From an uncultured Actinomycetota bacterium (GTDB lineage: Bacteria > Actinomycetota > UBA4738 > HRBIN12), in NCBI GenBank assembly GCA_963778505.1, contig CAVZUH010000004.1:889797-953796 (forward strand): a stretch of 64,000 nt of DNA. The letters are read 5' to 3'. How positions within the stretch are numbered: position 1 is the first letter of the stretch; the number at the start of each line of letters is the position of its first letter. Of the stretch, positions 1 to 10,872 are shown one piece after another. The position numbers and the translations under genes were made by a program. A model generated the notes under the pieces. That model worked only from the letters and a program-made list of their open reading frames with translations, searched no databases and was not told where the DNA came from.

Positions 1-1918
1 CCTCGATCTGCCCCTGTGCGTTCTGGACCGCGCGCGTGACCATCTTCGCCTCGATCGGCTCGTCCTCCGGCCACTTCAGCCGTTCCATGATCGAGGCGAC
101 ACGGTCGGATGCGAACATCCGCATCAGGTCGTCCTCGAGAGACAGGTAGAACGCCGACGCGCCCGGGTCGCCCTGGCGCCCGGACCGTCCGCGGAGCTGG
201 TTGTCGATCCGCCGAGACTCGTGGCGCTCGGTGCCCAACACGTAGAGACCGCCCAGCTCGACGACCTCCTCGTGCTCCGCGTCCGTCTGCGTCTTGAACT
301 TCGCGAAGATCGGCTCGTACTCGGCCTCGTAGGCGGCACGATCCTCCTCGTCCATCTCGAACAGCAGGTAGCGGTCGTTGTCGAAGTCTCGCGCGGCCAT
401 CTCCTGACGCGCGAGGTACTCGGGGTTGCCACCGAGGAGGATGTCGACGCCGCGCCCCGCCATGTTCGTGGCGACGGTGACCGCTCCCTTGCGCCCGGCC
501 TGGGCGACGATCATCGCCTCCTTCTCGTGGTTCTTGGCGTTCAGGACGTGATGCTTGACCCCACGGCGATCGAGCATCGTGGACAGCTTCTCGGACTTCT
601 CGATCGAGACGGTGCCCACCAGGATCGGCTGACCTGTCTCATTGCGTTCGATGATGTCCTCGATGAGGGAGTTCCACTTGGCCTCTTCGTTCTTGAAGAT
701 CGCGTCCTGCAGGTCCTCACGGATCATCGGTCGGTTCGTCGTGATCTCGGTGACGCCGAGCGTGTAGGTCTCCTCGAACTCGGTCAGCTGCGTCTTGGCG
801 GTCCCCGTCATCCCCGCGAGCTTGTCGTACATCTTGAAGTAGTTCTGGATCGTGATGGTCGCGAGGGTCTGGTTCTCCTCCTTGATCCGCACGCCTTCTT
901 TCGCCTCGATCGCCTGGTGCAGCCCCTCGGAATATCGGCGGCCCTCCAGGACCCGGCCCGTGAACTCGTCGACGATCTTCACCTCGCCGCTCTGGACCAC
1001 GTACTCGACGTCGCGCTTGTACAGCTCCTTCGCACGCAGCGAGTTGTGCAGGTGGTGGACCAGCATCGTGTTCTCGTGGTCGTAGAGGTTGTCGATGTTC
1101 AGCAGGGACTCCACCTTGGCGACCCCCGCCTCCATCACCGCGACCTGGAACTTCGCCTCCTCGACCTCGTAGTGCTCGTCGCGGGTGAGCTGCGGGGCGA
1201 TCCGGGCGAACGTCTGGTACCACTTGGCGCTGTCCTGGACCATGCCGCTGATGATCAGCGGGGTCCTCGCCTCGTCGATGAGGATCGAATCGACCTCGTC
1301 CACGATCGCGAAGTGGTGGCCGCGCTGCACGGTGTGCTCCAATCGCATCGCCATGTTGTCACGGAGGTAGTCGAACCCGAACTCGTTGTTGGTGCCGTAC
1401 GTGATGTCGGCCGCATAGGCGGGAAGGCGCTGCTCGGGGCTCATCTGTGACTGGATCAGGCCCACCTCGAGCCCGAGGAACCGGTAGATCCCACCCATCC
1501 ACTCCGAGTCGCGCTTGGCCAGATAGTCGTTGACCGTGACGAGATGGACCCCTTTGCCATCGAGCGCGTTCAGGTAGCCGGGCAATGTCGAGACGAGGGT
1601 CTTGCCCTCGCCGGTACGCATCTCCGCGATGCTGCCCCGATGCAACGCGGCGCCCCCCATCAGCTGGACGTCGAAGTGCCGCTGCCCGATCGTGCGGCGG
1701 GCGGCTTCACGGGTGGTGGCGAACGCCTCCGGGAGGAGGTCGTCGAGGGGTTCGGCGTTCTCCAGACGCTGCCGGAACTCGACGGTCTTGTGGGCCAGCT
1801 CCTCGTCCGAGAGGTCCTCGATCTCGGGCTCCCAGGTGTTCACGAGCTTCGCGAGCTGCTCGAGCTCCTTGCGCCGACGGCCTTCGCCGATATTGCTGAA
1901 CTTGTCGATCAGGGGCAA
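1..1918 (-). CDS. secA: Preprotein translocase ATPase SecA (N-terminal ~639 codons; C-terminus lies beyond the left window edge)
   Basis: The minus frame is open from TTG at 1918 (AAGGA 6 nt upstream) to position 1. My translation gives [18 protein letters not shown]..., [17 protein letters not shown] (Walker A) and [33 protein letters not shown]. It is absent from the ORF track because it runs off the window. Plus ORF 221..1450 is its antisense shadow. No frame break seen. Confidence 0.95.
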   Translation of the reverse strand, partial: MPLIDKFSNIGEGRRRKELEQLAKLVNTWEPEIEDLSDEELAHKTVEFRQRLENAEPLDDLLPEAFATTREAARRTIGQRHFDVQLMGGAALHRGSIAEMRTGEGKTLVSTLPGYLNALDGKGVHLVTVNDYLAKRDSEWMGGIYRFLGLEVGLIQSQMSPEQRLPAYAADITYGTNNEFGFDYLRDNMAMRLEHTVQRGHHFAIVDEVDSILIDEARTPLIISGMVQDSAKWYQTFARIAPQLTRDEHYEVEEAKFQVAVMEAGVAKVESLLNIDNLYDHENTMLVHHLHNSLRAKELYKRDVEYVVQSGEVKIVDEFTGRVLEGRRYSEGLHQAIEAKEGVRIKEENQTLATITIQNYFKMYDKLAGMTGTAKTQLTEFEETYTLGVTEITTNRPMIREDLQDAIFKNEEAKWNSLIEDIIERNETGQPILVGTVSIEKSEKLSTMLDRRGVKHHVLNAKNHEKEAMIVAQAGRKGAVTVATNMAGRGVDILLGGNPEYLARQEMAARDFDNDRYLLFEMDEEDRAAYEAEYEPIFAKFKTQTDAEHEEVVELGGLYVLGTERHESRRIDNQLRGRSGRQGDPGASAFYLSLEDDLMRMFASDRVASIMERLKWPEDEPIEAKMVTRAVQNAQGQIE

Positions 1919-1967
1919 CGTGGATCCTTTTCCGTAGGTGGGGACTTCGATTCTACCGGCGCCCGCG

Positions 1968-3206
1968 TCAGACCCGGATGGGAGCCGGCTCCCGCAGGCG
2001 CGCCACCAGGATCAACGCCGCGGCGACCAGCACGGCGAGTCCCACCCCAAGAGGGCCGTAGCCGGCTGCTTCGAGGACGACGCCGCCCGTCAGACCTGCC
2101 GCCGCAGAAGTGAGGCTGACCAGGAGATCCGTGAACCCGAGGGCTCCGGCTCGCTCGTTGGACGCCGTGATGTCACTGATCAGGGCGGTGGCCCCGAGGA
2201 AGGTCGCCGACCAACCGAGCCCGATCGCGAGCAGGCCGACGCCGATCACGAAGGCGTTCGCCTCGGTCGCGGACAGGAGAGCGCCCGCGATGCTGGTGAT
2301 GCATCCCGCGATCAGCGCGGCTCGCCGCCCGACGCGATCCATCCAGCGGCCGATCAGAGGCGCGAACGCGAACATCCCGGCGATGTGGGAGCTGATCACG
2401 ATTGAGATCGTCGTGCCGCCGTGATGCGCATGATCAAGCGCCGTCGGCGTCACGCCCATCACCCCCACCATCGCCATCTGACCGACGGCGCCGGCGAGCA
2501 CCGCGGTTCGGAATGTGGGCACGCGGAGTAGGTCGCGGGGGCTTCGCCCTCGCGCACGCTCGAAGGACGGCTCGACCACCGCGAGGTCGCGCGGGTCGGG
2601 CCTCACCGCGAGCGCGCAGAGGAGGGCGCCGAACGCCCCCGCGATCGGCACGACCCAGGGGAGGACGGATCCCTCTCCCGCCGCCTCCTCGATCACCGCG
2701 GCCAGCAGAGGGCTCCCCACCGCGCCGATCGTGCCGGCCGCGAGGAGGATGCCGACCGCGCGACCGCGCCGCTCCGCCGGGTACATGTCGGCCACCGCGC
2801 CACGCGCGAGGTTCGCGCCGCCGAGCGCCACACCGAAGGGGATGGTGCTCGCCATGAGGCCTGCGAACGAACCCGCGCGGATCGAGACGGCGGCGGCGGC
2901 CGAGGCGACACCCACGAGGAGGTAGGAGAGGATCAGGCCCGGCCGGCGTCCGACGCGATCCATCCATCGTCCGATCAGCACTGCGCCCGCGGCGGCTGCC
3001 AGGAAATAGAGGCCCCACAGCAGGCCGGCCGCCCCGTCCCGCCCCGTGAGGCGAGATGCGGCAGGCCCGCCGATCACGAGCATCACGGGGAATGTGGTCT
3101 GCACGAAGCCTTGGGCGAAGGCGAGCAGGATCGTGTTGCGACGCACAAGCCGATCGCGCTCCGCCGGCGGATCGTCGAGCCGCGATCCGAGTGCGCCGGT
3201 AGTCAC
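1968..3206 (-). CDS. MFS transporter
   Basis: 412-aa ORF with about 12 hydrophobic segments and two copies of the MFS loop motif ([12 protein letters not shown] and [12 protein letters not shown]). The GTG start overlaps the upstream stop by 4 nt (GTGA). Confidence 0.85.
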   Translation of the reverse strand: MTTGALGSRLDDPPAERDRLVRRNTILLAFAQGFVQTTFPVMLVIGGPAASRLTGRDGAAGLLWGLYFLAAAAGAVLIGRWMDRVGRRPGLILSYLLVGVASAAAAVSIRAGSFAGLMASTIPFGVALGGANLARGAVADMYPAERRGRAVGILLAAGTIGAVGSPLLAAVIEEAAGEGSVLPWVVPIAGAFGALLCALAVRPDPRDLAVVEPSFERARGRSPRDLLRVPTFRTAVLAGAVGQMAMVGVMGVTPTALDHAHHGGTTISIVISSHIAGMFAFAPLIGRWMDRVGRRAALIAGCITSIAGALLSATEANAFVIGVGLLAIGLGWSATFLGATALISDITASNERAGALGFTDLLVSLTSAAAGLTGGVVLEAAGYGPLGVGLAVLVAAALILVARLREPAPIRV

Positions 3207-4858
3207 AGGGGCTCCGTCAGCGCCCCGAGTCGCTCGACCAATCGGGCATTCTCACCGTAGTCCACGGGTACGGCGATGACCGATACGGCGTCGTCGTCGA
3301 GGGCCTTCCTGAGCGTGGGCAACAGCTCGGACGCCTCGCCGATCGCGTAGCCCTTCGCTCCGAAGCTCTCGGCGAACCGCACGAAGTCCGGGTTCCCGAA
3401 CGAGACGGCTGCCCTGCGGCCGAAGTGGATGTCCTGCTTCCACCCGATCAGGCCGTACCCCCCGTCCACCCAAACGAGGATGACGAAATGCACCTGCTCC
3501 CGCACCGCGGTCTCGATCTCGGCGGCACTCATCAGGAAGGCGCCGTCGCCCATCGCCGCGAGCACCTTCCGCTCTGGGTGGACGAGCTTCGCGGCGAATG
3601 CACCGGGAAGCGCGAACGCCATCGTCGCCAGGCCGTTCGAGATCAGGCACGTGTTCGGCGCGTACGTCGGGAACAGCCGCGCCATCCAGATCTTCACGGC
3701 GCCGGTGTCGCAGAGCACGATGTCCTTCCGGTCGAGCGCCTCCCGCACGTCGTGGACGATCCGTTGGGGCCGGACGGGGAGCGCGTCATCGTCCGCGCCT
3801 GAGTCGAGTTCCTCCCGAACGAGTCGCTCGCCCGGAGGCTCCCGGTCCCGACGAGGGTTCCCGGGCGTCGCATCGGCGATCGCATCCAGGGAGGCTCCGA
3901 TGCCTCCCTGGACGCCGACCTCGAGCGTGTAGGCCTCATCGACCTCGGCGACCGTCCGGTGGATGTGGATGATCGCCTTGTCTCGCTCGGGGTTCCAGCG
4001 CTCCGGCGCATACTCGACGAGGTCGTAGCCGACCGCCACGACGACGTCGGCCTCGTCGAAGCCGAAGTTGGCGTAGTCGCGCACCATGAAGCCGATCGTG
4101 CCGAGGGCGTTCGGGTGGTCGTCGGGGAAGACGCCTTTGCCGAGGAACGTGGTGGCGACCGGGAGGTGCAAGCGCTCCGAGAAGTGGACGAGCGCGTCCA
4201 TCGCGCCGTCGCGAGCAACACCCGGTCCCGCGAGGACCACCGGCGCCGTCGCGGCCTCCAGGAGCTCCGCCGCCCGTCGAACCTGCGCCTCCGCCGGCGC
4301 GGGATCGACGGGCACGTTGACCCGGAGCGGTGCACCCTCCGTCTCCTGCTCGGCAACGTCCTCCGGCAGGATCAGGAACGCGGCGCCGGGACGTTCGGTC
4401 CGCGCCTGCTTGAAGGCCTTCCGGACCATCTCGGGAACGGCTTCGTCGACGGTGATCATGCCGCCCCACTTCGTGATCGGTCGGAACAGCTCGACAAGGT
4501 CCACCGCTTGGTGGGATTCCTTGTAGAGCCGGTGCAGACCGGCCTGCGCGGTGATCGCCACCAGCGGGTGCGAGTCGAGGTGCGCGTTCGCGATCCCGAG
4601 CATCAGGTTGATCGCACCCGGGCCGAGGGTGGCGAGGCACACGCCCGCTCGGCCGGTGAGCGCCCCATATGTGTCGGCCATGAACGCAGCGCCCCGCTCG
4701 TCGCGCGTCGTGATGAACCGGATCGACGAGTCCGCCAACGCATCGATCACGTGGAGGTTCTCCTCGCCCGGCAGACCGAAGACGTACTCGACCCCCTCGT
4801 TCTCGAGGCACTCCACGAGCAGGCGGGCCACGGTCTGTGTGCCGTGCGCGGCATCCAT
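3203..4858 (-). CDS. Thiamine-diphosphate enzyme, acetolactate synthase (AlsS/IlvB-like) family
   Basis: 551 aa. N-terminal TPP-pyrimidine domain (VFGLPGEENLHVIDAL, RDERGAAFMADTYG, ATLGPGAINL). C-terminal TPP-binding motif (GDGAFLMSAAEIETAVRE). KESHQAVDLVELFRPITKW resembles catabolic AlsS. Confidence 0.85.
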   Translation of the reverse strand: MDAAHGTQTVARLLVECLENEGVEYVFGLPGEENLHVIDALADSSIRFITTRDERGAAFMADTYGALTGRAGVCLATLGPGAINLMLGIANAHLDSHPLVAITAQAGLHRLYKESHQAVDLVELFRPITKWGGMITVDEAVPEMVRKAFKQARTERPGAAFLILPEDVAEQETEGAPLRVNVPVDPAPAEAQVRRAAELLEAATAPVVLAGPGVARDGAMDALVHFSERLHLPVATTFLGKGVFPDDHPNALGTIGFMVRDYANFGFDEADVVVAVGYDLVEYAPERWNPERDKAIIHIHRTVAEVDEAYTLEVGVQGGIGASLDAIADATPGNPRRDREPPGERLVREELDSGADDDALPVRPQRIVHDVREALDRKDIVLCDTGAVKIWMARLFPTYAPNTCLISNGLATMAFALPGAFAAKLVHPERKVLAAMGDGAFLMSAAEIETAVREQVHFVILVWVDGGYGLIGWKQDIHFGRRAAVSFGNPDFVRFAESFGAKGYAIGEASELLPTLRKALDDDAVSVIAVPVDYGENARLVERLGALTEPL

Positions 4859-4901
4859 CTCCGTCAGGCTACCCCTGCGGCCCGGCCGTTACGCTCGGCT
4901 C

Positions 4902-5501
4902 GTGGAACTCCGGGATGTGGTGCGCCACCGGCGGATGGTGCGGCGATTCGACCAGCGGCCGGTCCCCCCGGACGTCGTCGACCGCATCATCGACGTAGGG
5001 CGTCGCGCGCCTTCGGCGGGCTTCTCGCAGGGGCTCGAGCTCCTCGTGTTCGACACGCCGGAGACGATCTCCGCGTTCTGGCAGACGACCCGCGATCCGG
5101 AGTTCGGCTGGGAGCCAGAGATCGTCGCGCACGGGCCGACGGTCCTGATCCTGCCGCTTCCGGATCCCCACCGGTACATCGAGCGATACTCGCAGCCGGA
5201 CAAGATCGAGTTCGGCATGGACGAGGAAGCGAACTGGCCCGTGCGGTTCTGGGAGATCGACGCCGCGATGGCTTCGATGCTGATGCTGCTGGCAGCGGTC
5301 GAGGAGGGCCTCGGTGGATGGTTCTTCGGCATCACCCACGGGGAACGCGTGCTCTTGGACCGCTTCCACGTGCCGGCACATCTCCGCCCGATCGGGATCA
5401 TCGGCCTCGGGTATCGCGCCGAGAACGAGGAGCCGACGGGATCGTGGATGAAGCACGGGCGGCGTCCGCTCGAGGATCAGATCCACCGCAACGGTTGGTG
5501 A
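4902..5501 (+). CDS. Nitroreductase family protein
   Basis: Taken from GTG 4902 inside ORF 4551..5501. The upstream part of that ORF is antisense to the ALS gene. VVRHRRMVRRF...RAPSAGFSQG...GGWFFGI is a typical nitroreductase fold pattern. Confidence 0.7.
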   Translation: MELRDVVRHRRMVRRFDQRPVPPDVVDRIIDVGRRAPSAGFSQGLELLVFDTPETISAFWQTTRDPEFGWEPEIVAHGPTVLILPLPDPHRYIERYSQPDKIEFGMDEEANWPVRFWEIDAAMASMLMLLAAVEEGLGGWFFGITHGERVLLDRFHVPAHLRPIGIIGLGYRAENEEPTGSWMKHGRRPLEDQIHRNGW

Positions 5502-5518
5502 GCGGGGTCTCGTGCCGG

Positions 5519-5980
5519 CTACGTCGGCCGTTGTGACAACTGGCGCGTGAGCTGCGCCTGCGCTACGTGCTCGCGGAGATGCTCGAGGGCGTGCAGCAGG
5601 GCCCAGGCTGCCGACACGGACTCCCCCTCGGGGAGCGAGCGGATCGCGGTGGGGTCGAAGGCCTCGGAGGCATCGAGCCGGGCGTGACAGTCGGCGGCCA
5701 TCTCGTCCACGAACGACAGCAGCTCTGCGCCGCTCGCCGACTCCGCCTCGAACTCAGACGGTCGGTCGCGCTCCGGCAGCGGGAGGCCCCGCGCGATCGT
5801 GAGCCACCACCTCGAGCTGTGCATCCCGTGAACCGCCAGTACCGTGATCGGGTTGCTCTCCTCGCCCGCGGGCCGCCAGGCGAGCGCTTCCGGCGAGAGC
5901 CCATCGATCGCCTCGCGGAGGTGATCCACCGATTCGTCGAAGATCTCGCGGGCGGCCTCGATGGTCGGGTCGGGCATCAC
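5519..5980 (-). CDS. DinB-family (four-helix-bundle, metal-binding) protein
   Basis: 153 aa. Spaced His residues (VLAVHGMHSSRWW ... LLHALEHLREHVAQ) are typical of the DinB/YfiT superfamily. Confidence 0.65.
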   Translation of the reverse strand: MMPDPTIEAAREIFDESVDHLREAIDGLSPEALAWRPAGEESNPITVLAVHGMHSSRWWLTIARGLPLPERDRPSEFEAESASGAELLSFVDEMAADCHARLDASEAFDPTAIRSLPEGESVSAAWALLHALEHLREHVAQAQLTRQLSQRPT

Positions 5981-5996
5981 GCGGGCTCGCGGCCGG

Positions 5997-6683
5997 TCAC
6001 GTGATCTCGATCATCTTCTCGCGCACCGCGTAGACGACGGCCTCCATACGCGAGTGCAGATGGAGCTTCTCCAGGATGTTGCGGATGTGGTTCTTCACCG
6101 TGTTCTCCGAGATGAACAGCTTCTTCGCGATGTCGCGATTGTTGAGACCCTGCGCGACGAGGCGGAGCACCTCCATCTCGCGGTCGGTGAGCTTCGGCGC
6201 GGGCATCTGAGGCCGCTCCTCGGCCTCCTTCGAGATCGCCGCGAACTCGGTGAGGAGCTTCGAGGCCATCGACGGTGAGATCCGCGACTGCCCGGCCCAC
6301 ACGCTCCGGATGGCGTCGGCGACCTCGTCGATCGGGATCTCCTTCAACAGATAGCCGGCGGCGCCGGCCTTGATGGCGTCGTACAGGTCGCCCTCGTCGT
6401 CGGAGATCGTGAGCATCAGGATCTTCGCGTGCGGAAGCAACTCCTTGATATGCCCCGCCGCTTCGATCCCCGAGCGCTTCGGCATCCGCACGTCCATCAG
6501 GACGACGTCGGGCATGAGCTCCTGGGCTTTCTCCACCGCTTCCACACCGTCGGAGGCCTCGCCGACGAGCATCAGGTCGTCCTCTTCCGAAAGGACCATC
6601 TCGAGCCCGCGGCGGAACAGGGCATGATCGTCCACGATCATCACCCGAAGCCTCTCGTTGGTGCTCTTGTCCTCATGTTTCAT
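5997..6683 (-). CDS. NarL/LuxR-family two-component response regulator
   Basis: REC domain (RVMIVDDHALFRRGL, DVVLMDVRMP, KILMLT, AGAAGYLLK) plus a C-terminal LuxR HTH (LTDREMEVLRLVAQGLNNRDIAKKLFISENTVKNHIRNILEKL). No partner kinase is adjacent. Confidence 0.9.
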   Translation of the reverse strand: MKHEDKSTNERLRVMIVDDHALFRRGLEMVLSEEDDLMLVGEASDGVEAVEKAQELMPDVVLMDVRMPKRSGIEAAGHIKELLPHAKILMLTISDDEGDLYDAIKAGAAGYLLKEIPIDEVADAIRSVWAGQSRISPSMASKLLTEFAAISKEAEERPQMPAPKLTDREMEVLRLVAQGLNNRDIAKKLFISENTVKNHIRNILEKLHLHSRMEAVVYAVREKMIEIT

Positions 6684-6725
6684 CTCTTCGGCTTCATCTC
6701 TTCCGCGTCAACCCTTGCGTTCTCT

Positions 6726-7088
6726 TCACTCGTCGGCATCGACAGGCGGCGGGGTCGAACCTCGCGGGAATGGTACCCCCCTACGCCACCGGCGGAGCCG
6801 CCTGCCGTGGTGATCTCGGATCTGGCGCTCGAGCTTCTCAGCCACGTGATCAAGCGCGGTACGCACGTCGTCCGCTTCGGCGCGCGCGCGGAACGTCTTG
6901 CGCGGGATCTTGAGCGCGGCCTTGATCATCTTCAGCCCGTCGGGGCTCGGATGATGCTCGGCCATGAACTCGAGATCGATCCGCGTCACTCGCGGCTCGA
7001 GCCGCTCCAGACGAGCGAGCTTATGCTCCGCCTGCTCGCGGATGTCATCGGAGACGGGCAGCCCGCGCCCCGTGAAGGTCAGATCCAT
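6726..7088 (-). CDS. hpf: Ribosome hibernation factor, short HPF/RaiA (S30AE) family
   Basis: Start taken at Met63 of ORF 6726..7274 (MDLTFTGRGLPVSDDIREQAEHKLARLERL...). Residues upstream in that ORF are R/G/P-rich non-coding-like sequence. Position next to comFC and secA is the usual actinobacterial arrangement. Confidence 0.85.
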   Translation of the reverse strand: MDLTFTGRGLPVSDDIREQAEHKLARLERLEPRVTRIDLEFMAEHHPSPDGLKMIKAALKIPRKTFRARAEADDVRTALDHVAEKLERQIRDHHGRRLRRWRRGVPFPRGSTPPPVDADE

Positions 7089-7329
7089 CTGCGATCCGTG
7101 GCACGGCCCGTCGGTGAAGGGTGCTCCCGTCCGGCTGACCTGGTCTTTGACCCCACACTCGCCTGCGGGGGCGTCCGCCGACGGTCCGTGCGTTCCATCT
7201 GGACCGCCGACTCGCACCCTCTCCCGGAGCCCCTCTCGGAGACCGGGGCAGGGCTTACTTCTAAACCGCTCCATGCTCGGCGACCAAAGGTCGCCTTACG
7301 TGGGTCGTTTCGCCCGCGGCTGGCATCGA
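7089..7329 (-). ncRNA. Candidate raiA-motif structured RNA (comFC-hpf spacer)
   Basis: A 241-nt non-coding gap between the comFC stop (7330) and the hpf start (7088), in a window where most co-directional genes overlap by 4 nt. It contains stem-loops, for example GGCGACC-AAA-GGTCGCC at 7279-7295. The raiA motif is described as lying between comFC and raiA/hpf in Firmicutes and Actinobacteria. I could not score a covariance model. Confidence 0.4.
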
Positions 7330-8097
7330 CTACCGGGGTTTGTCCCCGGGCAACCACAGACCCGGACGGGAGCACGCCCGAGTATAGACATGGCCTTCGG
7401 GACGGCGCGAGCCATGCGGTCCGGGAGGCCGGTCGGTGAACGAGCGACAGGCGGTGAGGAGATGGATCTCGCGCGCTCCCGCTTCGAGGAGCGCTGCGGC
7501 GCACGCCGAGGCCGTGGCGCCCGTCGTCAATACATCGTCGACGAGAAGGAGGCGAGCCGGCGCGGGGCGACGAGGGATGCATCCGAACGCATCGGCCATC
7601 GCCAGCGTCCGTTCCTCGCGGGACAGGCGGGCCTGGGGAACGGTCGCCTTCGTCCGACGGACGAAGGCGACCGCGGGGAGATCCAGCTCGTGCGCGAGCG
7701 CCCGCGCGAGCACGCGAGCCTGGTCGAAGCCGCGCTCGGCCCGCCGCCGGGATGCCAGCGGCACCCACGTCACGGCGTCGGCCGGCGGCGGGCCGAGCGC
7801 CGCCAGGGCGGCTGCGAATGCCTCGCCCACCCCGCGCCACCCGGAGAACTTCAGCCGGTGGACCGCGGCCTTGGCCGGTCCCCGGTAGGCGAACGCCGCT
7901 CGCGCCGACGCGATCGGCGCCAGAGGACAGTCCGCGCACCTCTCGACGTTCGTGGGCAGGGGTCGACCGCAACGACGGCACCACGGTGGCGTCAGGGGGA
8001 GGAGCTCCCCCGCACACGCCGCGCAGAACGGCCACGGGCCTGCGCCACACCCGGCGCATGCCCTCGGGAAGAGAACGTCGATCGCCCTCTCCAGCAT
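7330..8097 (-). CDS. comFC: ComF-family protein (phosphoribosyltransferase domain)
   Basis: 255 aa. N-terminal double CxxC zinc finger (CAGCGAGPWPFCAACAGE...CRRCGRPL...CADC) and a PRTase motif (LLLVDDVLTTGATASA). Confidence 0.85.
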   Translation of the reverse strand: MLERAIDVLFPRACAGCGAGPWPFCAACAGELLPLTPPWCRRCGRPLPTNVERCADCPLAPIASARAAFAYRGPAKAAVHRLKFSGWRGVGEAFAAALAALGPPPADAVTWVPLASRRRAERGFDQARVLARALAHELDLPAVAFVRRTKATVPQARLSREERTLAMADAFGCIPRRPAPARLLLVDDVLTTGATASACAAALLEAGAREIHLLTACRSFTDRPPGPHGSRRPEGHVYTRACSRPGLWLPGDKPR

Positions 8098-8129
8098 GGC
8101 GTCACGCTACGTCGTGTCGCCGACACGGT

Positions 8130-8684
8130 TCAGGGCAGCGCGACCTCGATCGGTTCTCCCGCGCCCTTGACAGCGATCGTCAGGGCGCGCTGGGTCTTCA
8201 ACAGTGGGTAGGCGGTGACCGAGCCGGATCCGGTCTCGGTGTCGAACGTGGTCTCGAGCACGGGGAGGCGGGCGCCCTCAGCGGCGAGCGTCATCGTCGC
8301 CTCCAACCCCTCGTAGCGGAGCTCCACCGAATCGACGCGGCATTCGAGCTGGTCGACGCGCACCTTCTCTCCGCCGATCACCACCGATCTCCCCACGCGC
8401 ACCTGATCTCGTCTCGTCGCACCCCTCGGCCACGGCACGGCGAACCGCGAGCCGGGACGCATCGTCTCCGGCGATCCATCGATCGCCAGCTCGCATTCGA
8501 TCGCGTACCAGCCCGCTGCGAGCTCTGCGACCGGGAACTCGAACGGGACGAAGAGATCACGGTTCGGCGCGACCTCCAGCGTCGCGGGCTGCACGCCCAT
8601 CGACATGGACCCGTGCCCGGCCAGCTCGACCGCTCGGGCGTCGTCGAGCCGGACCTGATGCGGATCCCCGTCGGCCCCCCGCAT
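8130..8684 (-). CDS. Hypothetical protein
   Basis: C-terminal 184 codons of ORF 8130..9362, from an ATG preceded by AAAGGG. The rest of that ORF overlaps ahcY out of frame and is R-rich. Coding-like composition but no family recognised. Confidence 0.5.
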   Translation of the reverse strand: MRGADGDPHQVRLDDARAVELAGHGSMSMGVQPATLEVAPNRDLFVPFEFPVAELAAGWYAIECELAIDGSPETMRPGSRFAVPWPRGATRRDQVRVGRSVVIGGEKVRVDQLECRVDSVELRYEGLEATMTLAAEGARLPVLETTFDTETGSGSVTAYPLLKTQRALTIAVKGAGEPIEVALP

Positions 8685-8752
8685 GACGAATGACCCTTTG
8701 AGCGATGCCGGGAAGCGCTCGAAGTGCGCCCGGATACTGACGGCCGCCGGCG

Positions 8753-10012
8753 TTACGTTCCCTCCTCCCAGCTGCGGAGGTACGCGTCCTGTTCGGGCGT
8801 GAGGGTGTCGATCTCGACGCCCATGCCCCGCAGCTTGAGTCGGGCGACCTCCTCGTCGATCTCCGTCGGGACCGGATACACCTTCGCCTCGAGGTCGCCG
8901 TGGTTCCTCACGAGCCATTCGACGCAGAGCGCCTGGTTCGCGAATGACATGTCCATCACGGCGGCCGGATGCCCCTCTGCGGCAGCAAGGTTCACCAGCC
9001 GGCCTTCGCCGAGGAGGTTCAGCCGGCGTCCGTCGGCGAGGGTGTGCTCGTCGACGAACTCGCGGATGCGACGAACCCGCCCTTCCGACAGCGCGGCCAG
9101 CGCGTGCTTGTCGATCTCCACGTCGAAGTGACCCGAGTTCGCGAGGATCGCACCGTCCTTCATCCGCTCCATGTGCTCGCGGCGGATCACGCCCTTGTCG
9201 CCGGTCACCGTCACGAACACGTCGCCGACCCGGGCGGCCTCGAGCAAGGGCATGACACGATAGCCCTCCATCGTGGCCTCCAGCGCGGCCGTGGGGTCGA
9301 CCTCGGTGACGATCACGTGCGCGCCCATGCCACGAGCTCGAGACGTCACACCGCGCCCGCACATCCCGTACCCGCAGACGACGACGGCTCGACCCGCGAG
9401 CAGTCGGTTGGTCGCTCGCATGATGGCGTCGATCGTGGACTGTCCCGTGCCGAACCGGTTGTCGAACAGGTGCTTGGTGTTCGCGTCGTTCACGCTCACG
9501 ATCGGATACTTCAAGGCACCATCGGAGGCCATCGCGCGGAGACGGATCACGCCCGTCGTCGTCTCCTCCGTGCCGCCCATGATCTCGGTGATCTGATCGA
9601 TACGCTGCTTGTGCAGCACGCTCACCATGTCGGCGCCGTCATCCATCGTGACGTGCGGGCGGATATCGAGGCATGCGTTGATGTGCTTGAAGAACATGTC
9701 GGTGTCTTCGCCTTTGATCGCGTAGACGTCGATCCCGCTCTGCTCGACCAGCGCGGCCGCCACGTCGTCCTGCGTCGAGAGGGGGTTGGAGGCGCAGAGC
9801 GCCACCTCGGCGCCGCCGGCGGCCAGCGTCTCCATGAGGTTGGCCGTCTCGGTCGTCACATGCAGGCAGGCCGCGATGCGCACGCCCTTCAGCGGCCTCT
9901 CCTTGTCGAAGCGCTCGCGGATCTGTCCGGTCACCGGCATCTCGCCGGCAGCCCAGTCGATCCGGCCCCGCCCCGGATCGGCGAGCCCGTTGTCTCTGAT
10001 GTCGTATCCCAC
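8753..10012 (-). CDS. ahcY: Adenosylhomocysteinase
   Basis: 419 aa. Hallmarks present: [77 protein letters not shown]. Confidence 0.97.
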   Translation of the reverse strand: MGYDIRDNGLADPGRGRIDWAAGEMPVTGQIRERFDKERPLKGVRIAACLHVTTETANLMETLAAGGAEVALCASNPLSTQDDVAAALVEQSGIDVYAIKGEDTDMFFKHINACLDIRPHVTMDDGADMVSVLHKQRIDQITEIMGGTEETTTGVIRLRAMASDGALKYPIVSVNDANTKHLFDNRFGTGQSTIDAIMRATNRLLAGRAVVVCGYGMCGRGVTSRARGMGAHVIVTEVDPTAALEATMEGYRVMPLLEAARVGDVFVTVTGDKGVIRREHMERMKDGAILANSGHFDVEIDKHALAALSEGRVRRIREFVDEHTLADGRRLNLLGEGRLVNLAAAEGHPAAVMDMSFANQALCVEWLVRNHGDLEAKVYPVPTEIDEEVARLKLRGMGVEIDTLTPEQDAYLRSWEEGT

Positions 10013-10026
10013 GTGGATCCTCTCCG

Positions 10027-10872
10027 TCAGAACGTGCCGGCGAGCTCGGCCACCACCAGGCCGATCGCCTCCGCCGCCGTCTTGGATGCGAGCAGAACCT
10101 CCTCGTGGGAGACGGCGCCACCCGCGGCGTTCGTCACGAAGCTTAGTCCGAGGACGCGCATGCCCAACGCCCTGGCGGCGACGGCCTCTGGCACCGTCGA
10201 CATCCCGACCACCGTCGCACCCATCCGTCGGAGCATCTCCGTCTCGGCGGGGGTCTCGTAGGACGGTCCCGCCATCGCGGCGTAGACACCCTCCGCGACG
10301 GCTGTCCCCTGATCGCGCAGGATAGTGAACGCGGCACCGGACAGATCGGCGTCGTAGACCCCGGATACGTCGATGAACGCCGGCGAGCCATCCGGGTAAC
10401 GCCAGCCGGTGAGCGGGTTGGTGCCCATCAGATTGATGTGATCGCGAACGACCACCATCGACCCACTCGCCAACGACACATCAAGACCGCCGACCGCGGC
10501 CGATAGCACCATCGTGCGCGCCCCGAGCGCGTGGGAAACCCGCGTGGTGATCGACGCCAGCCGCATCGGGTGGGCCTCGTAGAAGTGGATGCGACCCTGG
10601 AAGATCGCGACGGCGTGCCCGCCGATCGTCCCGAGCCAGAGCTTGCCGGCATGTCCCGGCACGGTCGGCGGTGGGAAGCCCGGCAGCTCTCCGTACGGGA
10701 TCTCCAGGTACTCCCCCGAGCCGGCGCGCTCCCAGGCGACCGCGATCGCGTCACCCAGGCCGGAGCCCAACACGACGCCGGCCACCGGCTGGATGTTCGT
10801 GCGCTTCCGGATCGCCCGCACGATCCTTTCCTCGACGCCGTCTCCCGGCGACGGGACGTGCGGTTCGGTCAC
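10027..10872 (-). CDS. punA: Purine nucleoside phosphorylase (PNP/MTAP family 2)
   Basis: GTG at 10872 overlaps the upstream stop (GTGA). Motifs: [56 protein letters not shown]. Confidence 0.9.
   Translation of the reverse strand: MTEPHVPSPGDGVEERIVRAIRKRTNIQPVAGVVLGSGLGDAIAVAWERAGSGEYLEIPYGELPGFPPPTVPGHAGKLWLGTIGGHAVAIFQGRIHFYEAHPMRLASITTRVSHALGARTMVLSAAVGGLDVSLASGSMVVVRDHINLMGTNPLTGWRYPDGSPAFIDVSGVYDADLSGAAFTILRDQGTAVAEGVYAAMAGPSYETPAETEMLRRMGATVVGMSTVPEAVAARALGMRVLGLSFVTNAAGGAVSHEEVLLASKTAAEAIGLVVAELAGTF

Noticed and set aside
221-1450. Long plus- or minus-strand ORFs lying antisense to or overlapping recognised genes. Examples: 221..1450, 6429..7439, 6964..8211, 14130..15593, 16703..18328, 21049..23733, 21386..23779, 25606..26799, 30952..32238, 38525..40471 (5' half), 55800..57284 (5' part), 58666..60660 (5' part).
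   Set aside because: Their products are R/G/P/A-rich low-complexity strings with no family signatures, as expected from stop-poor alternative frames in ~70% GC DNA. In every case another frame encodes a clearly recognisable protein.
10013-10026. Possible SAH riboswitch upstream of ahcY.
   Set aside because: Only 14 nt separate ahcY from the upstream punA stop, so there is no room for a riboswitch.
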